64,000 nucleotides of DNA from Tubulanus polymorphus (lineage: Eukaryota; Animalia; Nemertea). The DNA is taken from assembly GCF_964204645.1 (NCBI RefSeq), contig NC_134032.1, positions 8,544,275 to 8,608,274 on the forward strand, read 5' to 3'. Made by a program: the position numbers and the translations under genes. The notes under the pieces were generated by a model. The model was given only the letters and a program-made list of their open reading frames with translations, was not told where the DNA came from and made no database searches. This document shows, piece by piece, positions 1 to 13,700 of this stretch. The stretch's first letter is position 1; the number at the start of each line of letters is the position of its first letter.

Positions 1-994
1 GCGGAAGTCTTTTACTGAAGACCCCCTGGATTGGTGCCCCCTCCTACCACGGATGTGTAACTGGGTCCCTCGTAATCGGAATTCTGACCGCGTGTTCTCA
101 ACAGGAAACAATCAGTCGAGACGAATAATGACTTCGGCTCACGATTCGTGGAGTCTAAATCAAACAAACCGGAAATTCGCAGTCATAACGCATTTCGTTG
201 AATGATAACTGATCAAATATTCAACAGCCGCCAACACACACTTACAGCCGATACACGGGTTGTACGAGAACCCAGGGCCGGATCTAGCCTAGGGTTTCGA
301 GTACTGCTCAGCTGTGAGGCAGGCGCGTTGGAAGCAATGTTTTATTGCCGCGGCCAAATGCCGATTTTGGACTGATTCTTAATATTGCTGCGACGAATTG
401 ACTAAGTAAAAAAAAACGTCGTTCAGTAAATTATTGCCGCTGCGGTCGCTGCACTTCCAACGCCGCTGTGAGGCATCTGTATCGTTGAAAATTTTGAATT
501 TTCAGGGCTTTGAGATGCAGTCCGAGTTAATTCGGGGTATCAAATCGTTCTGTGCATCCTCAAAATATGACATTTTGACCCGTTAAAGAAAAAGTCATTT
601 ATAAAAAAAGAAAGTTTAAAACCCATTTTTCGATTATTCAAATTGACCATTTTGATAACCTGAACTTGAAAAATAGATCTGGGCACTTCTACAATATCGT
701 GAGTACTGTTCAAGTGGTTAGAAGCAAGGAGCAGTAGTAGCGGTAGGCTAGTATCGCAATGTAGACTCGGTTTTACAGGCCTGGTTTTAATCCGACTCGT
801 ATAAATAACCTAGCCTGATAACATTATCTAAACATGTAAAACCTGCCCGATGATGTACTGCGTGAAACCCGATTTCATTATTTTGTCATAAGAGATAAAC
901 GCTGCGTTTATGTATATAGGTTTATTATCTAATTATAAAACGTATATGTGCGCACATTCCCTTAACCTGGTTATCAATGAAAATAACTGTCGGA

Positions 995-1770
995 GGCCTC
1001 ACAGGGGCGACCGACGTGGGCAGGGCTTCGTAAGCCGCGCGAGCCACATTCGTCCCGTGCCTAATTAACGAGTGCGCTCACATGTGAACCACTCAGTCAA
1101 AATCAAACAACGCTCAAGTGAAGTGATGTGAATGACTTCCGGAACCGGTTGCAATTCAAACGCAACAATTTGACACATGCTAAAATTTGGCTCGGGCCTG
1201 GTCCGACGTTATTGGTCGGGTCAAACAGGCACGGGCCCATTTGGCACCCGTGGGAACAGTTGTTCCGAGCCTAATTTGGCATGGGGCAAAAATGCTTAAG
1301 CCTGGCGCACACGAGGCAATTTTTAGTCGCCTGTTGCTGCGACCGATTTGCAAGCAACCGTTGAGCAATCGATCGCTTGGTGTCGCCGGTGTGCTACCAC
1401 TGGAGACGGACAAGCGATTATCTTTCCTGGCAAACATCTGTATCATGTGACTTGTCAACATGGCCACGCTACAGCCTCCACTGGTGCCGTATTCGGTTGA
1501 ATCACATGATAATTGTTCTCCCTCTCATTGGCTAGTTGATGAGTCGCTTGGTGTCTAACTACCGCACACGGGCAACTCCCGAGCGATCGCCGAGCAATTT
1601 CTCGGTGACGAGCAATTTTTCGTCACCCAATATCAAACATGTTTGATATTGGGCGACACGGAGCAATTCCTGTCGCCCCTTGCCGCAGACGAGCGATTTT
1701 TTTGTTCGACGCCGAGCAATTCGGGCGGTTGCTCGAGAATTGCTCGAAAACTGTCGCCCGTGTGCGCCGG
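995..1770. mobile_element. GC-rich non-autonomous TIR element
   Basis: Imperfect TIRs ggcctcacaggggcgac / gtcgcccgtgtgcgcc, internal palindromic cgagcaatt repeats. Confidence 0.4.
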
Positions 1771-4700
1771 GCTTTATGTCACTGTGGTCGTGGCTATACG
1801 TTATTTCAGTGTCTGGACCTCTGCGTCCCCCTACTTAGATTGCCTAATACCTGGACTGATGACTCGCTATGCCAGGCTCGGATCGGTTTCTGAAAATACC
1901 TCGCCAGACGCACCGCTATCTTCAGTCGCCAGGGTTTGAGTGTCTCGCGCTGAAGCTCTCGCCTTGTGTTGCTGTGAGCTTCAACACATCGCGATCAAAC
2001 CCTGGCTAGCGATGATGGACCATGCATGGTTTTACGGGGGAACTTGCTAATTTCAAATGATCAGGGCACCTTGGGGATGAGGGGGTCATGACCCCCCTTT
2101 TGAGCGCCACTCAAAAATGGCTCAGAAAATTTTCTTAACCAAGCTGTCTCGTGAAAGATGTATTAGACTAATCTTTCAACTCAGTTATCGGAAATACCTT
2201 CGCTACTATGTCCTTGATCGGTGGTTCCAAAGATGCAGCCATCTTTTCTGGAAGTGTCTGATGATGAGGTATTTGATGATCTTTTCAGTCAGCTGATGAC
2301 TGTGATAATGCGATGATGTCATTTTGAGGAGATTTATAATGGTAATGATAATGTTATATAACGTGAGGATGTCATAGAGGATTTATTGAGCTGGCAATCT
2401 CATCTGAAGGGAAGAATTTGACGCGGTGGTAGGTGCATTCATGTAATGTCGAAGGTAGCCACATTGGATTCTCTGTGCGTAGGCAGCTGTGCGTAGATTG
2501 GTTTGTTACACATTCCTCGATACACACTCCTACAGTTCCAGCACCCTGGATTTATGCAATCCAGCTTCTCTCTCCGCCTGCCCGTCTCTCAGTGCGTCTG
2601 CCGTTATATTAGTTCCGTAAAATTACTATACACGATCAATAGTTTAATCTTTACGTTGACTACATAGAGAGAGTGAGAGAGGGTGGGGGTGGGGGTAGAG
2701 TGAGAGCGCAACACTGCACGATAGGTTGACGGAACAGACCTGACTACGACTAACTTATTACATGCTCTGCAACTTCCATGAATATCGAAATGCTCTCAGA
2801 ATCAGAATATTTTCCGAGTTCATTTGTTTTATGAAAGGGAACTGTGTGGGGAACTCTTCTGTAGAACCTTTATAGGTTTCCTCGGTTTGCCAAAATATGT
2901 TTACATGGAAACAAAGATTTTGGAGATATCGGGTATTTTTTGTGCGAGCGGGAAAGGAGGAAGGTAGACAGGAGTAGATGGCCGGACATTGGCAGATCCA
3001 GGGGTCAAATCTGAGTACTGACCGAGGGCTCGATGCCCTGGCTCCCAGAGGCAGAGATAGAAATAGAGCCAAGGGGTGAAGACGTAGTTGTAGACAAGAT
3101 AGAGAAGGAGTTTATGGACATAATAGGAGGGAAGGATGATGATGTTTGGTGCAAGACTATTAACCAGATCGACTCCAATTTGAGAATCAGGTCACCAGAT
3201 TATCTATCGAATGAATGCAACCTCGAGACGAGCATCGATTCGTTCACTCAATAAATCTGATTCATGAAGAAATCATTATTCGAATCAGCGAGTCTGACTG
3301 GTACAGTGACCCGATAACCCATATATCTCGTGAGTACGATATAATACGCTTAGAAACCAGTTTCCTTTTGAGGTCGGTGAATTCCTCGTTTCTTTTCGTC
3401 GAAAAAAAGCGATATTTGATGAAGCGCTCTCCAACTCGAGGTAGAAACGCTTACGAGTAGGTACACTCCCTAGTCCCCCCCATCGCCTCGTTAAACAAAG
3501 CTACTAAAGTAAATAGTCGCTTTTGATATGAATCCGTTTCGATAGAATTTATAATTCGCCTCGTATACACGACCTGTCTTTGATTGCAGATAGTTTTTTT
3601 TAAGCCGATAAAGTAGTGTACAGCAGCTCTCCCCCTCCCCATTCCCCTCTCCTCCCATGCCGATATCTAGATATTTTATCTATAGTTTGAAAAGGAATGC
3701 CGCAGTCAACCTTCTATCTGCATTTTTCCTTTCCTTTGTTTAAATGATTGGGGAATTTCTGATATCCATAGACACTCTCTAGAAAAGTGGCTTCGGTGTT
3801 GTTACCGCCCCTCCCCTATCCCCCCCTCCCCTACTAGAGGCTCTTCCAGAAAATACTTCTAACATGAATCGGCCTATTAATGTCGTCAAATTGCCCTGCA
3901 AACCACCCATAGAAGAGATGGATGGCCTGATAAATACGTATGACATCAGACTGACAAAAAAGGTGGCTGCCTCCATAAATCCCCACATGACAACACAAAT
4001 AACCCCCTACAGATGCTTTCGGTAGGGCCTAAAGAAAGCCACCTGTAAGTCTCCCTATGACATCATCAGATTAGGTTCTCTCATCTCGAGTTATTCAAGG
4101 AATGACAGTCATCATGTCTTGGCTATGAGTAGCTGTGTGCTTCTCATCGGGCAAACGCAGTCAGTGTTTATGGTCAGTTCTAGGAATCTAATCAACCGCC
4201 GGGTGTCACTCAGAATCTACTCTCAGTTTTTCCGAGAATTTATTTCGATAAGCACCACCGCCAAGCACCACCGCCGCCGCCATCGATCTCCCCTGTAAAA
4301 CTAATACACATTATACACTGCATATGGTGCATTGGCCTCAAAACCTGGATTTAAAAAGCGTCAAATACATCTGCGGATAACTACGATTGAACTATTTTCC
4401 AAGGACACGATATGTGTATTTCTGAACTCTATAGTATTTACAGAGTTTCATGATTAATGAAGCCAGCCATTTTTTCCCGAAACTGTCTATAGGGTTATTC
4501 GGCGATGTCATATGGGGATTTCTCAGGCAGCCATCTTTTCGGAAAGTGTCTATTTAAGGGTAAGCCACCTTTTTGTGGCAGCCACCTTTTCTAGGAATGC
4601 AATCTGCAATGGGCAATTTGATGATATCATATGGATGATGTCATTTATGGAGGAAGCCATAGGGTAATCTGATACCGATTTGATGTGATGTCATAGGGGG

Positions 4701-6263
4701 ATTGATAGAGGCAACCGTGCTTTCAGCAAGGATCTAAGCGTGTAGGGGACTATTTTATGGTCTTGCCAGAGCCTATGTTAGGGGTTTTTTTATTTTCTGG
4801 GGGCAGCGACTTTATCTCTGGAAAGGTTTGTGGTTATATCTCATCGAATAGATGGCCGCCTTGGGGAATCCACCTATGACATCATCTAATTTTTCCCCTC
4901 AATTGTTGGCATTGCGTATATAGTAGTGGGATAGGAAATGTTTAATGGCATAACCGGAAATTTCAGTAATCAGCATCGAAAAATTCGTGACCTAGATATT
5001 GTGTACACAACAAACTTTCGGTCGAGTTTTTCTAAATAAGGTGAATGACACTGAACATTGTGTGTGCAGCGAGTGGGTGTTTTAGTGAGTGAGTGAGGTG
5101 TATTCATTAGTATCAGTCTGTATATAGAGGCGTGCGTGAGTCATTGAACCGTCTTATTAGTGTAATCTAAGTACAAACGACTACCTAACGACTTTAATAC
5201 AGTATAGGATATAATCGCGCGGATATATAGACAGTGATATAGTGTTCTAAAGTGTATAATACTGTTTACTAGCGTTATAAACGCCTTAACTCGGGATTTA
5301 CTAATATCAACGTAGGACAACGTTTCCTGTCTCGCCCGAGCTATGTACAGTGAGTAGATGATGGTAATTCGATCATAACAAATAGTTAGATAGTAAGCTT
5401 TTATTCACGGTGTCCTATTTCGTGAGATATTTTTAATCTTACGGACAGTTAGGTTATTAAAGATGGTTGCCTATGTTTAAATTCCTATATGATAGGCCTA
5501 TCGTCTACAGGTTGCCCTCTTGACGACTGAAGCTGGCATTTCTACTAGGCTGGGGCTGGAACCGCAAATCATTCAAAATGAATAAATCAATGAATTGTAT
5601 TGCTGTTCGGGCTTCAGTGAGACCCTTATTCTTGAATCATCAATCTGTATGTGTGTATGTCGTTGACGAAACTTGGGCACAATATTAGTACGGGGATCTA
5701 GTTGTGCAGTGCCCAGAATGGGCCCAGTGCGCCACCTAGCAGCAGAACTAGGCACTAAAAACTTTTTCAGCGACATGACCTTGAAGAATACTGCATAACT
5801 GAAACAAGGTCAAAATTCAATAAGTTGTCTTGAGAAAATTTAGCTATTGACCCTAGGTAGGCCTACCAACATATCTGAAATTCTATGGGAACTGACGCAT
5901 GGATTCGGTAAATTCGGAGTTCGAGTCTGAGTCCGAGAACCGTTGTCGGCTATGGCCATTACCCAATGAATATCCTAACGATGTACCTAAATTACAATTC
6001 GGTACATCGTAGTAATTCATTGAGGTCATTGCCCGATTTGATATCACTTGTAAATTTTGTTTGTTTTTTACTCGATAGGTATCGCCGAGAGTTGAACAGA
6101 GTTGAACGCAGAGTTGTGGACACCACACGCAAACAACGCACAAGAGATTTTTAACAGTACGTACTTCCGAGTGGCAATCCGCCCGCAACTCTTATCCATG
6201 TTTTCCTAAAAGTTCCAATCGAACGGGATACCAGCGCTCACTAGATGGCGCAACAAAACACAG

Positions 6264-6378
6264 GGGCCCGGTTTTAGAGACTGGCATTACCTTTTACCCG
6301 GGGGTTAACTCAATTGATAATGAATTGAGTTAACCCCCCCGGTTAAAGGTAATGCCAGTCTATAAAACCGGGCCCGGG
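6264..6378. repeat. ~115-bp near-perfect palindrome (MITE-like)
   Basis: gggcccggttttagagactggcattacc...ggtaatgccagtctataaaaccgggccc. Confidence 0.85.
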
Positions 6379-7668
6379 TTGATATTCGTAGTGAAAAGCA
6401 GTTCATTTTCAATGAAATTTGAAGTCAATTTTTAGGCTTCCGAATCCGTCGATGCCATCGGATATCTATGAGATGGTATAGACTTCGCTGAGAATTGATT
6501 CAACGATGAGAAAAGTTTATTCGAATTTCATTGAAATGTTGAAGAGATTGAAGCGCGGTAACCGGGTTCAACTAGCGATCCCGGCGGATTATCACCCGAG
6601 TCCTCACTCGCCACTATAGCGTTATCGGTATCCGGTTGGAAAAAAATAACTTTCCTTGAAATTCAAATTTCTATGGATAGAGATTTGAGGGAAATTTGCA
6701 GATGGATCAATACAAAAAAAAAAGAGATGGAAATATGTTAACGACTTCCACTTTGCCCGCCATCATCCTCATTGTTTCCTACTATGGACAAAGTTACTGC
6801 GCAAAGGTCCTCTTTGCTTGGTAATAGGTCTATTTTTAGTCAAAGGTTTGGAAATTCCAGCGCGATCAATCTACATCTAGCCTTATTTGGTAAAGCCACT
6901 CATCTCGCACAAACTCTCATTTGACGCCGGTATCTATATCCGCATTCTGGAACCTGTTCCACTTGCTGCCGGGGACCGTCCTTCGGGCGTAGGGCATTTT
7001 ATCAGTTTGGTTTCAAAAACGGATCATCCACGCTTCGCATGTGTTCAGGACCTTACTAATTTTGATTGAAAATGAACTACTAACACTAGATACATAGATA
7101 ATAGATATTTATATATAGGCCTAATGTATATTTAGATATAAGATATTTAGATATATTGTATGTTTAGGTATATAGATAGGCCTATTTAGACATTAGATAT
7201 TTTATAATCAGCACATTTTTATAAGGTGATTGTCCTTACCTCACGTTTTTGTTCGGGATTTCACCTGAGACATTTTTAATTGATAGTGAACTAAAAACGC
7301 TGGACAGACATTTTGTACGCATGCTTTCGTAAAGTGATCGTGCACCCTTCACATAGCGATCATACCAGTTTACACCTACGATTGAATATGAACTACGAAC
7401 ACCAGCCAGACTCAAGACATTTCATAAGCGCGCTTTCAGTAAATGATTGTTCACGTACATACGTTACGTTCAAATGTTAAATGTTTAAAGCAATGGTTCT
7501 CGGCCAGGCTGCGGATACTTATTCGTGTTAAGAAGATTGCTATGATAATTAGTTCTTTTCTATCGTTTTCAGGTATTTGTCAACGGAGTCTTCACATTCC
7601 ACATACAGATTCGGTGTCATTTTTATTTGAAATTCGAAGAAAAAAAAAACAACGAATAAACGCAGAAA

Positions 7669-7759
7669 ATGTCGCCGATCGTTAGATTTTTAACGCTGTT
7701 GTCGGTCGCGGCCGTCGCCGTGTCGGCGCAGAATACGTTTCCAGTACCGAAGGACGATG
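7669..7759 (+). CDS. Leader exon (signal peptide); exon acceptor at 7571-7572, UTR part 7573-7668
   Basis: MSPIVRFLTLLSVAAVAVSAQNTFPVPKDD(G), donor GTAGGT at 7760, phase 1; conserved in three other copies in the window. Confidence 0.85.
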
Positions 7760-10700
7760 GTAGGTCTTAATAATCCCCACAACCCCCGTGCGCCTCCTCG
7801 CTCTAGCTCCTCGTCGGACCCAGTTCCACGTACCACGTACAGGCGGGTTCAAATTCGAACCTAGCGTTCGATGTAAACGTGACTCATAATCGTGGAACCG
7901 AGTCCCGGGGCACGAGCTATTCGATATCGTTAACTCGAGCCGATTCTAAAAAATTATAAATCAATCTTTCATGAAACGTGATTATTTTCTAATTCGCGTA
8001 TATATGCATATTTTTTTACGACGACGCAGGGCTGTCTCATTTCGTGCGATTGAAACTAAAACTTACGTGTGTGGTAGCGATTGAAGAGTTCAGGACCCAC
8101 TTCCGCAGTCCACGGTTGACTCCGAGTTAACTCAGCGAAAATGAACTAATTTCAACTTGGAGACTTACAACTGTGGAACTGGATCCTGGAGCCGGAATTC
8201 GCGACAATTTCACTGGATAGAGTTCGGCAGTTCCCAGCTATACTCTCCAGGATTGAGACATCAGTAATTAACCGATTTGAACTCGATTAGGTCGCTCTAA
8301 ACCGGCAATTGCCAAAATTATCAAAAAAAAGTTTTCTGTTAGAAATGGTTGTGCTAACCTAACTAGCCAGGGGTCAGTTGCTCACAAGTCGAGTTGGACT
8401 GAAATGTCGCGCTAAAACCTTGGTTACAATATGTTTTCAATGTTCATTATGGCATTTATCCCCCGGTCGATGTAATACATTTGATTCGAGGAAAGCAGCG
8501 AAACATATTTCCAAGGGTTTCCTTGTGTTGGGTACTTTTATAAAGAACGTGGTCTCAGGAAACAATATTTCCGAGTTCAAACGTGTTTAATTCCGTGTTT
8601 CCCTGCGTCACGTGCGTCGGGCTTTACCAGATTTTGTCGAGCGACTGTCCCCCCCCCAGGCTTGCACTGCCGTTTCAAAATTTTCATGGAAGCAAATGTT
8701 TTACCACGAAATAGGGCGCCTTCGTTCGTCGTTCGACCTTTCTAGCCAGGATTAATCAGATCTGTTAAAAGCTTCATCTTATCTATTGCCACGTATTTCA
8801 GCTAACATGATTTTCAGGCTCCGAGTTCCACGATTGCCGGATGAATCGAATGGGACCCTGGACGGTTATGGCCGCTTTCGAATCCCCGAATCCGTGGAAC
8901 TCTGGTCCGAAGCAATGTTGTGCATATTAAATGATGTTGTACATATTTTCTCTCTTGAAATAACTAACTTTACCCGCAGCGTTCTCCGCGAAAGGTTTTT
9001 TAAAGGGTCGGACGTTTTTACATCCTCATCCGAAATCGGCGTCGGATTGTTCATAGAAAAATCTGTCTGCTTTACTTTCGACGAGTTGAAGTCAGATGAC
9101 ATCGAGGACTCTATGTCGCGCCGTGGCATTCAAGGATTCCACCTGTGGCAAGTAAAGATCCACCAGGTGTGCTAGTGTGCAGTAAGACATAGACCACTGT
9201 GATAATAATGGCTTCCTCCATTTGTTCGAGTGAGGATACCCAGGTGCACAAGTTTGCAGTATGACATTACTGTGGCAATAGAGGATTCCTCTACTTGTGG
9301 CAAGTGCAGATTCCACCTGTGGCGAGTGAGGATCCACCAGGTGTCACTACTGTACAATGGGACAACGATACAGGATTTCTTCGATTCAATTAAAGCCTAT
9401 CCATGATTTCGCAAATATGGCGAACGATGAATAAAAAGTTATGCTACACAACGAATAATTTGCCTAATGCTTCAGATGGTAGGCTGAAGATCTAGATTTT
9501 GATCGGGTTATTCCATCGATACAAACACCATCTGGTGGGATAGCCTATGGCACGAGGACCTCATTGCTTTGTACAGTAGTCAGTATATATGATGGATTGC
9601 ACTATAATTGAGCTTATAAATGGTGTTTTTTTGGGGGGGGAAACCCAAACCTCCTACAAAAACCACTGCATTCGGTGTCCACAAAAAGAAGAAGCATGTA
9701 CGTACAGCCCCCTCTAAAATCCCAACTTGTGGAGAACACTGCTCTTCCGTCCAGGCAAAATATAACGCAAATTCTTAATCCCAGCCTAATCTTAATCCCA
9801 GTTTAATGTTGATTCCGGCCTAATCTTAATCCTGGCCTAATCTTAATCCCGGTCTATTCTTCATTCGTGTCTTCGTGTCTCGCATGTAAACAGGAGGTTT
9901 CCCACCCGAAATGTATGAGAAAGCAGAGGGTAAGTTTTTGTATCTCTCAAACAACCTCGATAGATGTCGCCAGCGAACGTTTCGTCCCCGGCTCGCGGTG
10001 CTGGATATGATAAACAGCGGGAATCGCGGACTCGGTCACTGTCCGCGAGGATGCTTTTCCGAGAAAGAGAGCGATTTCGATCGGAGGGGTAGGGTTATCG
10101 TGGGCGGATGGGTCTTTTCATCCGGGAGAAGTTTCCGGGAGATCAAAATTTCGATCGGATTTCGATCAGAAAATAAGTGAATTATTCAGGAACTTAATTT
10201 GGCTTCGGAGGTACGAATACTTACAAATTTAGATGCCCGTAACATAGCACCTCGAACCTGATGTCTCTCTTCCGGTCTATGAACACGAAACAACAATGCT
10301 TGTATGGTTCGTGATTGGTGCGCTTTGTCAGAAAATGAGAAACACAGAGAAACACGGTCGTAGCTAAATATGAAACGCCAATGCGCAATAACCGATCGGT
10401 AACCGCCACCAACTCCTGAATCTCCGGTCGATTTCCTCTCTCGGAACTCGCTTTGAATATTTTACAAGATAAACCGGCTCCCACCTGCCTTTAGTAGTTT
10501 ACGTACGGTTAAGTGTAGTTTTAGAACGCTTTGAATATATGTATATATATTTATACTGTCGACGCTATGGAGACAAATTTTTCTCGGTCCGGATCAATTG
10601 ATGAAACCGGATTTCGGCATAATCCGGATCATCCGTGCCCCGCATGATCCGGATCAAGCATATGTTTTAAAGTACCTCGCGATTATTGCTATTCCGCGAC

Positions 10701-13700
10701 GGTTTAATCCGGATTTCTCGCGAAGCGGATGAAGTTCGTCGGTCTCAAACGATCCGCGTTTAAAGCCGGCTGCACGATAGCGACGAGTTTGCCGCCACGA
10801 GGGGTTGTTGAAATTTCGAGGCGTATTTGTCGCTTGCGGCTTCGACGTTTGATATTTTCCACGCGACGCAGCGAGTACGCCACGGCGTAAGTGACGCTGG
10901 ATTCAGTTTCAACGTGCATACGTCGAGATCGCAGGTGCAGTATGCAAAGCTACGCCATTGTTGCCGGGAAGTCGTTTTCGGCGGCGATATTGCCGCGGCG
11001 TAGTCGTCGCCGGTGCGCGCCCGGCTCGAAGCGGGTTTCCGTCGTAGCTAGGATTTCTCGTAATCTGAATCGAAGTACGATTCCGGTGAATCCGCTATCG
11101 AACCCCTTGGCGTTTCTCGGGAATCCGGATTAAAGGTACGACGAACACGCAGGTTTCTCGTGTTATTATCGTGTATGAAATTTTTTCCTATTTCAGCGAT
11201 TGAACTTCTCTATATAAATGTCTCTCTATCCCAGACCCCTGTACGTCTTGTTTTTACTGTTCTCTCGTCCATTAATCCCCTGTTTCTAAATGTCGTATTT
11301 TACCTTTCAGTATTTTTTTCAGAGATGAAAAATTGTTTTTTACTTCTTCTTTAATGTTTATATATGTATGTGACATTGAAACTTGTTGTATTTTCGCAGT
11401 ATCCAATTTTTCGGGAAGCGTAGCTGAATTTTAACCATACTTATATATCTTGCTCCTGCAAATCTGCTCCCCCTTAGCATTAGTCCTCCTTCCTTCTCTC
11501 CTACTCTCTGTCAAATGTCTTCCGTCTCCTTTCAATCTTTTTCTCATCAATAACCGTGTGTGCATATACACCATCGCTACCCCCGTCCCTCGTTTAAGAA
11601 AAATCTGAAAAAGAATCTATCCTCGAGATTTTCTCAAGATGGTTTCGCTGAAGTCTAGGTTCTTTATTTGCAAGAAAATGAAGAGGCCGTTATCGATGGG
11701 TTTATTGAAGATGCATTCGAATAAGCGTTTTAAGCCTACGGCGGTTTTTATCCTAGGAAAAAAATGTAGGCCCGTGCGGTGGACAGATTTTTTGTCCCGA
11801 TTTTCATTTGAACAAAAACTAACATTTTCTAAATTTATGAATTCTGATTTCGGCATGATGTGGAATTTTTCTAAAAGCAGATGACATTCAAAGTTCACCG
11901 CAATCCGAGCCGAAACCCGAGCCCGAATCGGCGGCCGTTGATCGTGAGTATATCCGCTGAAATGCAATTTTTTATGCCAAGGTTTCGATACTGTGTATAT
12001 TTTAACCGCATGGTGTTTTCACGATTTGCGAATTCGAGAATGGCCTTGAAATTAATTGAAAAAATTTTAAATTTTTGTTTCGAACGATTTTTATAGTTTT
12101 TTGTACGAGAGTTCTTCCGTTACAACGCAACATGAATTTCATGTCCTGTTATATGCGACCGGTTTCATCAGTCGCGCGAGTTTAATTGACTCCGGAGTCG
12201 CGTGGGATAGTTTATTCGTAGATATTTTGACTCCGATGTAAGTGCGAATTTCAATTTCGGAATTCATCAGTTAACTTAAATCGTTTTGACTTTGCAATAA
12301 AAATTGATCGAATTCCAATTTTGATAAGAAAATAAAGCCTAGCTCAGGTCGACCTACGACCCAACTAGATGGCCGTAAGAACAGCGGTAGTACATACGTG
12401 ATAGCTGATTGCCGATTTGTCTTAAGAGCACTCGGGTCGCAACTACGACTCGGTTATTACAGAGTTTCATGGTTGATTGACTCGCTATTACCGATGCTCA
12501 TAGTCATGCGATGCAGAACTCGTCGAAGAACTATTTTATATCCAACTATTTCAACTCTGGAGTCTTTTAACTCGCCATCATATTCCTTTTTTAACGGCAC
12601 GAAATTTTCCTTTTTATTTTCAAATTGTATTTGAATTTGCGATAACGAAATTTAATCATATCCGAGTATGAAAGCTAACGAATCTTAATTAACGTATGAT
12701 AATCAATTTATTTATTAGATCTTATCGATTTTAAAGTTCGAAGGTAATAACTTTAGCATGATTTGTGTATACAGCGTATTAAACGGAATATTTAACCATG
12801 AATTCGTATGTAATAACTTATTTATCCAGTTGAAATATTTTCAAAGAAATATGTATATAATCCATAGAATGTATTTAAGAAAAAAGAAAATCATCTATAT
12901 TTTAATGTTGTTGAAAGCTCAGCTGAAACGTATTACATTTTCGAATGGTACATGGTACAATATTTCCCAATGCTCCATAATATGGAAGTTAGATGACTGT
13001 TTTACTATGTACGTCGTCGAAGATTAAGTCCATTTATCAGAGGAGTCTGCTTCGATTCAGCCATGTTTGTAAAGTTTATCTGATTGAGTTTGGAAGTCAT
13101 CACTCAGTTCGTATCGCTGTGTATATTCTCCAGACTGAGTTCATCGTAGAATGTTAAAATCAGTTGCGCTCAAAGACGAAGAAAGTTAAACGCAGTATCA
13201 TCTGTTCAATTGTCGGTTCAAAATTAGTCGTAGCGTGAAGCCATGTTTCGAGCGAAACTGGTCATCACTTGGTTACAGTGTATCGATGTGAATATTCTTC
13301 AGACCGAGTTCATCGTAGATAGTTGAAATTCGTTACACAGTACGGTTCACATGTCGATTCTAAATCAATCGTAGTCCTCTAAATCAATTGTAGTCCGAAG
13401 CCGTGTTTTAATGGTCAAATGGTTTGAAAGCCGTCACTCAATAACGGTTGACATGAAGAATATTCTTCGTAGATGTTTGAAATCAGTTGTGTTAGGGTAC
13501 TAGAAAGCTTCGCGGTATCATAAGCTGAATTGTCAGTTCAAAATCAATCCATGAATCTATGTCGTGTAAGCCGCCATGTTTTGGTAGTTCGAAATCAATC
13601 CATGTCGTGTAATCTGCTGTGTTTTGGTTGATACGCGTGTATCCTTAAAAGAGTGAAAATAACCTAATCAATATATTTCCAGCCATCCCTTTCTCTAATA

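Noticed and set aside
1180-1939. Four overlapping 84-98-aa ORFs
   Set aside because: GC-rich palindromic repeat DNA; no motifs or splice structure.
6079-6160. Possible 5' UTR exon (ctcgatag|...)
   Set aside because: Weak donor and absent from the duplicated paralog block; cannot be supported.
11400-11420. Micro-exon after ttttcgcag
   Set aside because: 20 nt to a weak GTAGCT donor; not frame-preserving.
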